DNA of 64,000 nt, from assembly GCF_006345805.1 (NCBI RefSeq), contig NC_043007.1, forward strand, positions 26,722,001 through 26,786,000, read 5' to 3'. Each line of letters starts with the position of its first letter. The first letter of the stretch is position 1. This stretch comes from Octopus sinensis. Its lineage: Eukaryota. Positions 1 through 12,174 of this stretch are shown piece by piece. The position numbers were made by a program, and so were the translations under genes. The notes beneath the pieces were generated by a model. The model did not search any database. It was not told the DNA's origin and was given only the letters and a program-made list of their open reading frames with translations.

Positions 1-19
1 TATTATTATTATTATTATT

Positions 20-80
<61 letters not shown>

Positions 81-94
81 CATTATTATTATTA

Positions 95-140
<46 letters not shown>
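1..140. repeat. (ATT)n / (TAA)n microsatellite
   Basis: Near-perfect ATT repeats from the window start to 140. Confidence 0.97.
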
Positions 141-337
141 GCCAGATCTGTCCTATACGCGACAGTAGCTGTTCGACATAAACCCATAGTTCAGCAATAC
201 TCGGACACTGGACGAGTGCATGCAGAACGGTTTCGTCGTCCTAGCAGCACCTCGGGCAGGTCCGGCTGACGGCACTTCCGTGCCGGTAGAGTTTATCTCG
301 AATAATAGCGTGATTTGTTCTTTAGAGGCTTTGAAGC
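141..337 (-). mobile_element. Unclassified ~200-bp GC-richer insert between (ATT)n tracts, possibly the 3' end of a TAA-tailed retroposon
   Basis: Abuts a long (TAA)n on its minus-strand 3' side and a short ATT remnant at ~338-348. Contains a perfect 6-bp hairpin cggcac-ttcc-gtgccg (270-285). Orientation inferred. Confidence 0.3.
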
Positions 338-773
338 TGTTATTATTATTTTTTTTTTTTGCTGTTATTGACGTAAAATATCCCTTTAATGTTTTCTTCT
401 AGAATGGAACGATTCCATCAACATTAAATATGTTTTGTTTTTTTAAAGGAAAGGGATTCTTCTTCAATTATATTTACTAATTGTAATAGAAATTATTCGA
501 CAATAAGTTCATGACATAATTTCTTATTCCTATGCAATTTCAATTTCTTGTGGGTGGGGAGTGTGTGTGTGGGTGTGGGGGGAGAGTGCGTTGGCGCCCA
601 TGTCTGTGCGCGCGCATACGCGGGTGTGTTTGTACGTGTCTGTGTTTGCATGTATGTATGCATGTATGTACGTAGGTACGCATGTATGTATGTATGTTTG
701 TTTGTTTGTTTGTTTGTATGTATATATGTATGTATGTTTGCATTTGTAATTTTGTCTTAACGTACTTAAAGTA

Positions 774-1954
774 TTGAAGCTGAAAAAGCTGCTTAGAAAT
801 AATTATTTAGTGCGGAAAACTACGTTCTCTGATATGCGAGCAGCTGAGTCTCAGGAAGCACGTTCCATACGTCATCTTCGAAACAGACGTAGAACTGCAG
901 CAACCAGAGCAGCTGAGTCTCAGAAAGCACGTTCAACGCGTTTACTACGAAACAGACGTACAACTTTAGCAACCCGATCTGCTGAGTTTCAGGAAGACAG
1001 TTCGGCACGCCTTACATTGAACCGACGTAGAACTGCAACAAGCCAAGCAGCTGAGATTCACAAAAAGCGTGCCCACCACCTCTTACAAGCATCCAATAAG
1101 CAAGCATTTATTACGAAAATTCGCAGTATAGACAGTGTTACTATAACGAGTACAAGTGTCCAACATATAATGCCTGCCACCCCCACCCATGTACCAATGG
1201 AAGGTGCATCTTGCGAAGAGAAATCGGCTCTTAGATATGATCCTAATTTAGATTACAGTGAAGAACCTGCTGTAAGAGTAGGCGGGCTATCGCATCTGTG
1301 CAGGTTCTGTGGAGTAAAGAAGTTTATGTGTGAAAGTCCTGGAATGTGTTGCTCTGGAGGCATGATTCAGATTCCTGTTTTACAATCTCTTCCACAGCCA
1401 TTATTTGACTTGCTTGATGCGTATACTGCAGAATCAACGATTCAAGGGCAGGTGAACCACTTGATAGGGTTGCTCCTAACATCCAGCGATGGTAGAGTTT
1501 CTGCAAATATACTTTATGTGGAACAACCAGTAGCATTTAAGGAGACGCTGTCAGATAATAACAACCTTGCATAAGGACGTCATTTCTGTTCTGCGAACCA
1601 TGTTTTTGGCCTACAATAATCTGATTCGACAACTCAGAGTTACAACAGAATGGAAACAAATTTCAAATGACTTCACACAAGCCACAAGAGCCGACAAAAA
1701 ATCCGTTGGACTGCTCTCAGGTTGAGACAATGCCTTTGCAGGAGATTTCCGTCAAATATTACCAGTTATATCACGGGGTACGTGAGCTGACGAGATCTAT
1801 GTGTGTCTGAAGTCTTCATGACCGAAAAGCATGTTTATTAAGAAGAGTTGTTTGCTTCACCCTCCTCGTGTGCCGATTCTACCCATAAGAAAGAAAGAAA
1901 TAATACAATGTGACTGTAGGTTATAAAACCTAGGCAACGCCGGGATGCATTGCT

Positions 1955-1956
<2 letters not shown>
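774..1956 (+). mobile_element. Internally deleted Helitron (RepHel N-terminus, PIF1-helicase motif island and 3' terminus)
   Basis: ORF 774-1574 has three 23-aa repeats (RAAESQEARS...) and YDPNLDY...GGLSHLCRFCGVKKF.CESPGMCCSGG..QIPVL and IQGQVNHLIGLLL, matching the Helitron RepHel N-terminal region. 1735-1818 reads FAGDFRQILPVISRGT*ADEIYVCLKSS (PIF1-helicase GDFRQxLPV motif). Hairpin cctaggcaacgccggg (1929-1944) is followed by CTGG|T at 1953-1957 (CTRR 3' end). 5' end not identified. Confidence 0.85.
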
Positions 1957-2001
<45 letters not shown>

Positions 2002-2048
2002 CGCTCTCTCTTTCTCTCTCTCTCTCTTTCTCGCTCTCGTTCTCTCTT

Positions 2049-2085
<37 letters not shown>

Positions 2086-2137
2086 GCTTCTCTTTCTCTT
2101 CTCTTCTCTTCTCTCTTTCTCACTCTCTCTCTCTTTC

Positions 2138-2188
<51 letters not shown>
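1957..2188. repeat. (CT)n polypyrimidine microsatellite
   Basis: Direct reading. Confidence 0.95.
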
Positions 2189-2699
2189 ATATATTATATC
2201 TATATAATATATATATATATACATGTATGTGTGTGATTTGGTGGGTTTCTTTCAGTTTCTGTCTACGAAATCCACTATTAATGCTTTGGTCGGCCTGAAG
2301 TTAGAGGAGAAGACACTTGCCCAAAATGCTAAGTATTGTGAATGAACCCGGAATCATGTGGTTGAGAAACAAATTTCCTACCACAACCGCCACGCCCGGG
2401 CTTATAAAGAAATTTCATCGAAGATATTTTGAGGCATCGTTAAGTGGAAAATGGAGTCGATGGCTAAAATTAAAATTATACAAAATGGCGAATATACCAT
2501 CTAAAATTAACAGGCTCTAATTTTCAGTTTGTGGTGTCACATGGTTTAGTGTTTAGGGTGTTGGACTCATGATCGTAAGATTGTGTCAGCTGGTAAAAAT
2601 GAATGATCCTGCGATGGATCGGCGTTCCCTTCAGGGAGGAATATCCGACGGAGTGCTGAAAGGTCCCTGGCTTTGGGTAAAAGAAAATACAGGAGGATT

Positions 2700-4002
2700 A
2701 CTCTTTTACTTGTTTCAGTCATTTGACTTTGTCCATGCTGGAGCACCGCCTTCAGTCGAGCAAATCAATCCCAGGACTTATTCTTTGTAACCCTAGTACT
2801 TATTCTATCGCTCACTTGTGCTGAACCGCTAAGTTACGGGGACGTAAACACACCAGCATCCTGTGTCAAACGATGTTGGGGGGGGGGACAAATACAAACA
2901 TACACACACACACACATATATATAACTTAGATAACTTAGATAACTTAGATATGTTTCAACCGAAGATTGGTCCAGGCCATGTCTAACTTATTAGCACCAC
3001 CTGATAGGATTATTCGAATCCTGTTTAAGTCAAGTTTTGTTCAAGTAGTGAGTTCTTGTTAGGTGAGTTGTATCCAATTATGGGTGGCTTATCTGGTATT
3101 TTTTGAAGGAATCTATCCAGACTCCGTTTAAAGTTGATGGGATCCTTTTCCTCTTTGATCTCCCTCGGGACAATGTTAAAAAGGGCAGGGCCTGTTGAGG
3201 AAAAGAAATTATGTTGCAGTGTACATGTATGTTGTGATCTTGAATGGGCAGGGGACGAATAGCCCGTGGTCCCAGTCTTGGATGAACCTGAAGCTAATGT
3301 TAAGGTCGTTTGGGCAAAGTTGGCGCGTATATTCTCCCATCGTACAAATATGATGTACCGCTCACGGCGACGCTGGAGGGAGTAAAGTTTCAAGGCTTTA
3401 AGGCGATCCCAATAATCGAGAGCAGCCATGCCTTCAATTCGTTCAGTGAGTGCCCTCTGGGGTGACTCAATCCTGGAGATGCTTTGTCTTGTATGGGAGA
3501 CCACATGTGCAGCAGTATTCAAGGTGGTGGCCGTACAAAGGAGGAGAAAAGTGGTATGATGACACCTTGTTCTCTGGACCGGAAAGTTCTTAAGATCCAG
3601 GAACTCATCCTACGAGCTATATCGACCTTCTTGTTGATGTGTGCACTCCAACTGAGATCGTCATCAACAATTACACCCAGGTCTCTGATATTGTTAGAGG
3701 CTGTGAGCGGTTCCCCTGAAGGAAGAGAGTATGGTTGTTTTAGTGAAGAATTTCTTCCAAAATGCATCAGCTCAAATTTTCCATCGTTCAGTTGCATTTT
3801 GTTTCTGTCTGCCCATTGACTCACAGCATATAGATCAGACTGGAGTTGAGTTCGGTCTGCTTCTTCATTGACGATTTGCTGGAGCTTAGTGTCATCAGCA
3901 AATATTTTCACTTTGCAGTAATGTACGAGTAGAAGGCAGGGACTGAACTCGGAACCATATGGTTGGTAAGCATGCTACTTACCACACAGCAACTCCTGCG
4001 CC
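2700..4002 (-). mobile_element. SINE-A (tRNA-derived), split by a LINE insertion
   Basis: 3' half at ~2700-2922 (tail gactttgtccatgctggagcaccgcc, CA-repeat core) and tRNA-like head at ~3928-4002; matches the intact copy at 51121-51552. Confidence 0.8.
2923..3927 (-). mobile_element. 5'-truncated non-LTR retrotransposon (CR1/L2 group), RT C-terminal half and 3' UTR
   Basis: KIFADDTKL (RT catalytic motif), QWADRNKMQLNDGKF, IRDLGV, YWDRLKALKLYSLQRRRERY, GPALFNIVP across frameshifted ORFs 3519-3911 and 3025-3522; (TCTAAGTTA)3 tail at 2923-2949. Confidence 0.9.
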
Positions 4003-5155
4003 TGGTTAGTTAATTATGATTTTAATCAAGATATTCTCCTCTCAGATTCACTCATTTATTTCAGCGGTTCTTCAGTTTTCCTAAAAGCTGTAAAAGAACT
4101 CGGAAGTTTGGGCTCCCAGCCAGACCTTCTGCGATACCCCTTAAAGCCAGCAACTTTTCAGTACCCTCTCGTATACACCAAAGAAACCGGTAAATCGGTC
4201 CAAAGCTCATTAAGGATTAACGCGTGCAAATTTCCACGGCGTTTGTCTTTATCTATGACTATTAATAAAGCCTAACGTCTGATATTTACTAAGGTAGGAA
4301 CAGATTAACCACAGCCAGTACTCAGACATGGACAGTTATATGTCTCGTTTTCTAGAGTTCAACAGCTGTTAGATATTGGAGTTGAAGTTAAGCAAGCGAA
4401 ACAATACGGAAAGACAGTTATCAAAGACGTTTTATACGGAGATCATCCCAAATAAATATTTTCAGTTAAAAACCAGATTTTTCCTACTTTTATTATCAGG
4501 TTTTCAAATATTTTGGCTTAAAATTACATCAGATGAGTCATGCTTGATATTTGTTATATTGTTACTAACACTGTCAATTATGTAAATTATAATTTATTTA
4601 AGCCAATCAGTTGATGAGTCCATTATCATAAAACTAACGAAGTAAAATGATACATGAATGCATGGACCAAAATATATTTAAGAAGATGTAAAAATTGTTA
4701 TTTAAAGGTTCAGAATCACTCTATTTCATGCCCTTGTGACAAATCCTCCTCCTCACCATCATCATTAGTACCATCACCACCATTACCACCACCACTACCA
4801 CCACCATCATCATCGTCGTCGTCATCGTCATCGTCATCATCAGTATCATCATCATCGTCATCATCATCATAGCTATTATTATGGCGACAAACTGCCAGAA
4901 CCGTCAGCATGCCCAGACGAAATTTCAGCCTTCTTCACGTTCTGAGTTCAAATTCCTCCGGAATTGACTTTGTATTTCATTCTTTCGGGGTCGATAAATT
5001 AAGTACCAGTTGAGCACTAGGAGTTGATGTGATCAATTTACATACACACTGGAACTTGCTGGCCTTGTATCCAAATTTGAAACTGGTATTATTATCGTCG
5101 TCGTCATCATCATCATCTTCGTTATCATCGTTATTGTCACCACCATCACCATCAA

Positions 5156-5390
5156 GGCGGCGAGCTGGCAGAAACGTTAGCACGCCGAGCGAAATGCTTA
5201 GCAGTATTTCGTCTGCCGCTACGTTCTGAGTTCAAATTCCGCCGAGGTCGACTTTGCTTTTCATCCTTTCGGGGTCGATGAAATAAGTACCAGTTATGCA
5301 CTGGGGTCGACGTAATCGACTTAATCCGTTTGTCTATCCTTGTTTGTCCCCCAAGGTGTTTAGCCCCTTGTGGGCAATAAAATAAATAAG
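5156..5390 (+). mobile_element. SINE-B (B2 tail), monomer
   Basis: A-box-like tggcagaaacg, B-box-like gagttcaaattcc, body gtcgactttgc..ttcatcctttcggggtcgat, tail tttagccccttgtgggcaataaa; many copies in this window. Confidence 0.85.
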
Positions 5391-5649
5391 AAACGTTGGC
5401 GCGTCGGATACAAGTGCTTAATAGCATATCTTCCGACACTCAAACTTCTTCCCAGCGCTGGATTAACCATTAAGCAAAATAAGCACAGGAGGATCACCAC
5501 ATAAATGGTAGATGGTTTACTGCACAAAAGAAATCACTTTAAACTCGCTAAAATAATATTCAAAGTGGCTTATATGATGGGAAATATAATTTCAAAGTGT
5601 TCATGATATCCTGTTATTATTTTTATTGTATTTATTATTGAATTTATAT

Positions 5650-5900
5650 TTCTGTAATTTTGTCTCTTTTTTCCGTCCTTGTTTTTGTATACATTCGCTG
5701 CTTTCTTCCAAGGAGTCTAATGCTCTTAGGTTCGTTTTTCCTTGGGTCTGGCCACATCGGAGCAATCTCAAGAATAATCAGCCGAAATTGCGAGGATAAT
5801 CTGGTGCTTGACTGAGGAAAGAAAACTTCGAATGCCCCGTCCTTGTTTTCTTTCTATTGTCTATCTGGGTGGTTTGTATCACCTAGCTGTCCAGATGTTT
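5650..5900. mobile_element. Diverged copy of the Penelope-like repeat at 48801-49761
   Basis: Shares blocks cattcg..ttcttcca, ctaatgctc, ctggcc, aatctcaaga.taatcagccgaaatt, cttgactga.ga, ttcga.tg.cc.gtcc.tgttt with 49510-49700. Confidence 0.6.
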
Positions 5901-5914
5901 TGCGTCCCATTTTG

Positions 5915-5970
<56 letters not shown>

Positions 5971-6070
5971 TATATATATGATATATATATATATATATAA
6001 TATAATATACATATATATATACATATATATATATATACATACATACATACATACATACATACATACATAC

Positions 6071-6229
6071 GACGAGCTTCCAGTTTCCGTTTACCAAATT
6101 CACTCACAAGGCTTTGATTGGCCCGAGGTTAACATAGAAGACATCTGCCCAAGGTGTCACGCAGTGGGACTGAACTCGGAACCATGTGGTGAGGAAGCAA
6201 GCTTCTTATCACATAGCTACGCCTGCGCC
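6071..6229 (-). mobile_element. SINE-A 5' half
   Basis: Reverse complement of ggcgcagg...ggttccgagttcagtcccactgcgtgacaccttgggcagatgtcttc... Confidence 0.8.
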
Positions 6230-6408
6230 ACTTCGAATATCTTTCATTAGGAAATTGAAGAAGAATACAAAACAGCGAAGTTGATGGGAAAATTCTAATA
6301 TGTGAGACTCGCCTCTGAATTCGAAACGAGATCCTTCGCAATGGGTGAGAGATTTTAATAGAAAAGAAAGAAAAAAATGTACCCTGATCATGGATATGTG
6401 CATAGATA

Positions 6409-6801
6409 TCTTTATATATAAAAGAAAGGTTGTGTGTCTGTCTACTCCGATTTAGATTCCTAACTACTCCCACATTTTGCGATGCAGTTTAACCAAAACC
6501 GGGTATCTAATAGTCGTGATTCATATCGAGCCCTTTTGGGTATTAGCGCGCGTCTACGATGAGGCTACGATTTTTAAAATAATTTACCATCATTTTTTTC
6601 CATTTTAATGCATATTTTTTTTAACACAGGGAAGTAACTCTCTAAAAATGTCTACGATGAGTCAACGATTAAAAAAATATTTACCATAATTTTTTTTCCA
6701 TTTTTAATGCATTTTTTGCTATTTTTTGGCTATAACTCTCTAAAAATGCTTATATAGTTATTTCCCTTACAAACCCGAGCAACGCCGGGCGATACTGCTA
6801 G
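6409..6801 (+). mobile_element. Complete non-autonomous Helitron
   Basis: A|TC 5' end (tctttatatataaaag at 6409), subterminal hairpin cccgagcaacgccggg (6774-6789), CTAG|T 3' end (6798-6802), no TSD; internal ~85-bp duplication (tctacgatgag... at ~6553 and ~6651). Confidence 0.8.
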
Positions 6802-7315
6802 TATATTAATACGTACGTACATACATATATACGCATACATTCGTACAAACATAAAAACATACATATATGCATAGACGGATATATAAATACATACATACAC
6901 ATACTTATTGAAGGACAAATACATACGTATATATAATTACATACGTATAGATACATACATACGCATACATACATACATACACATAAATACATGCACATAT
7001 ATAAATACATACACATATATGCATACTTACACATACAAACATGCATATTTGCATACGCACATACGCGATGCTTCAGCATGGCCGCAGTAAAGTGATTGAA
7101 ACATATAAAAGAATAAAAGAACACATACATACATGTACATGCTTCAATCCATACACATACATATTTACATACATATATAAATGGCGGTGACCCAGCATGG
7201 CCACAGCTCATTAGCTGAAACTGGAAAAATCAAAATCAAAATCATACATATATACATACATACGTATATACACATGCGTGCACATAATTAGATACAAAAA
7301 TATACATACATAATA

Positions 7316-7770
7316 GGCGTAGGAGTTGCTGTGTGGTAAGTAGATTGCTTACGAACACATGGTTCCAGGTTCAGTCCCACTGCGTGGCACTTTTGGGCAA
7401 GTGTCTTCAACTATAGCCTCGGCCGAACAAAGCCTTGTGAGTGGATTTGGTAGACGGAAACTGAAAGAAGGCTCTCGTATATATGTATGCATGTATATAT
7501 GTATGTGTGTATGTGTGTGTGTGTGTGTGTGTGTATATGTTTGTGTGTGTATATGTTTGTGTGTCTGTGTTTGTCCCCCCAACATCGCTTGACAACCGAT
7601 ACTGGTGTGTTTACGTCTTCATAACATAGCGGTTCGGCAAAAGGCCGATAGAATAAGTACTAGTCTTACAAAGAATAAGCCCTAGGGTCGATTTGCTCGA
7701 CTAAAGGTGGTGCTCCAGCATGGCCACAGTCAAATGACTGAAACAAGTAAAGGAGTAAAAAACAGAGAGT
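7316..7770 (+). mobile_element. SINE-A full length
   Basis: tRNA-like head, internal TA/TG microsatellite, 3' end ggtggtgctccagcatggccacagtcaaatgactgaaacaagtaaa. Confidence 0.9.
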
Positions 7771-7918
7771 ATACACATACATACTTACATGCAGACATAC
7801 ACGTACATATACATACATGCCTGCGTACGTACATACGTACACATCCGTACACATACTTACACACAAAAATACATATACACACACATACATACAGACATGC
7901 ACATGCACACATTTACAT

Positions 7919-8305
7919 TCGTGGCACTCCGTCGCTTACGACGACGAGGGTTCCAGGTGATCCGATCAACGGAACAGCCTGCTCATGAAATTAACATGCA
8001 AGTGGCTGAGCACTCCACAGACACGTGTACCCTTAACGTAGTTCTCGGGGATATTCAGCGTGACACAGAGTGTGACAAGGCCGGCCCTTTGAAATACAGG
8101 TACAACAGAAACAGGAAGAAAGAGTGAGAGAAAGTTGTGGTGAAAGAGTAGTGCAGGGCCCGCCACCATCCCCTGCCGAAGCCATGTGGAGCTTTAAGAG
8201 TTTTCGCTCAATAAACACTCACAACACCCGGTCTGGATATCGAAACCGCCATCGTACAACCGCATGCCCGCTGCCCTAACCACTGGGCCATTCGGCCTTC
8301 ACACG
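7919..8305 (-). mobile_element. SINE-C full length with 11-bp TSD
   Basis: Matches 62915-63299; cacatttacat is repeated at 7908-7918 and 8306-8316. Confidence 0.88.
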
Positions 8306-8485
8306 CACATTTACATACATACACAAATACATACGCACATATATAAATTCGATTAATGTACAGCAGTTCTCTAAGTCAATCCAAAAGTTCCCCATATCTG
8401 TTTGCCAAACTGAACATACAGCAAGCACACACACGTATGCATATGGCGCTCACACGCTCACACACAAATACAGATACATACACAT

Positions 8486-8519
<34 letters not shown>

Positions 8520-8869
8520 GCAAACACGGACACATACACACACATTCAAACACGCAACTTGACACAGTCTTGCGCTAAAGAGACGTGAACATCCATTAAT
8601 TACGTAAGCCCAACGCTATGTACTCGTACACCTACGTATATGCACAGATTGAGTCACACTCGTGTATTCACAAAACCTTGGAACTGTCTTTGCTCACCTA
8701 AATAAATATAATTAAAACAAATATAGGAATAATAATATCAATAAAAATAATAATAACAATAATAATAATAATAACAATAATAAAATCTGTCAATTTGTTA
8801 CTGACCAGGCTTGAATGCCGTGTAAAAGAACTTAAATACATTACAAAGTAAAACATAACTATACATAGA

Positions 8870-11090
<2,221 letters not shown>

Positions 11091-12174
11091 GTGTGCGTGT
11101 GTATGTGTGTTATACTTCTTCTGATTGAGGCGAGCGTTCTAAACGACATTTGGTGATCAATAGTCGAAATTTGTTTTGGTTCATTTTGTGTATACTTATG
11201 TATATGTGTATGCGTTTACACATATAAACATATGTATATATACATGTGTGTGTGTGTGATTTTGTATGTGTAAATGTATATTATATGTGTGTATATGTGT
11301 GCATGTAGTTACGTATGTACGTATATATATATTTGATGCGACTCTACTCTATATTGTTTTCCCTCAGCCTTTTCTAATTCCAGTTTTCTCCCCTTCACTG
11401 TTTTTACCTGTCTCTCTCTGTCTCTCCCTCCCCCTCTTTATCTTTTTCTCTTTCTCTCGTTGCTCACATGTGACCATCATCCATCTTTCTTTTCCTTACA
11501 TAACCATCTTTCTTTTCCTCAACGACGACGCAAGGACTGGACGTCTTCTATCTCTCTGTTCTATTATCTTTTCAAACAAAATATTTCTCCCAGCGTTCGC
11601 TATTTTACCCTCGTTCTGGTCTAACAACCTTCCATCTTGGGCAAGTATCTTCTAATATAGCTTCGGGTAGACCAAAGACTTGTATGTGGATTTGGTAGAC
11701 GGAAACTGAAAGAAGCCCGTCATACATACATATATGTATATGTGTATGTGTTTTTGTGTTTCTATTTGTCCCCCCACCGTTTAAAGACCGGTGTTAGTGT
11801 GTTTACGTCTCATAATTTAGATGTTCGGTGAAAACGGCTGATAGAATAAATGTCAGGTTTTTAAAAGATGGCTGCTGTCTCAAAATCCTTCAAGGCGGTG
11901 CCCCAGTATGGCTGCAGCTTAGTGACTGAAACAAGTAAAAACGAAAAAAATTATTTTCTTGGCGTGCTAACAATTTTGCCAGCACGACGCCTTCAGTGTA
12001 ACATTGCAGAGATAAGCAAACTAAAGGAGGCATAAGACCCAGCACAGGAGAAACGGTTGAGCCAAAAATAATGTTATGTGAAGCACAAGATGATGACACC
12101 GAGGGCATAACATTCGCGAACGTTCCAAAGAGAAACCCTTACCTCGCAAACAACTTACTGCACTCGGGATTAGA

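Larger units (their letters stand above)
2646..4171. mobile_element. Mariner-type MITE (host of a nested SINE-A and LINE)
   Basis: Imperfect terminal inverted repeats: 2644-2674 tccgacggagtgctgaaaggtccctggcttt vs reverse complement of 4143-4173 tacgagagggtactgaaaagttgctggcttt (23/31 match); TA follows the right end. Only ~220 bp remain once the nested inserts are removed. Confidence 0.6.

Noticed and set aside
260-300. ctgacgg plus hairpin as a hammerhead
   Set aside because: The core is CUGACGG and no GAAA follows stem II.
540-760. Many ORFs rich in YI, CV, HT, LS or poly-I/N/D/M (here and throughout the window)
   Set aside because: They are translations of TA, CA, CATA, CT, GATA and trinucleotide microsatellites; no coding signal.
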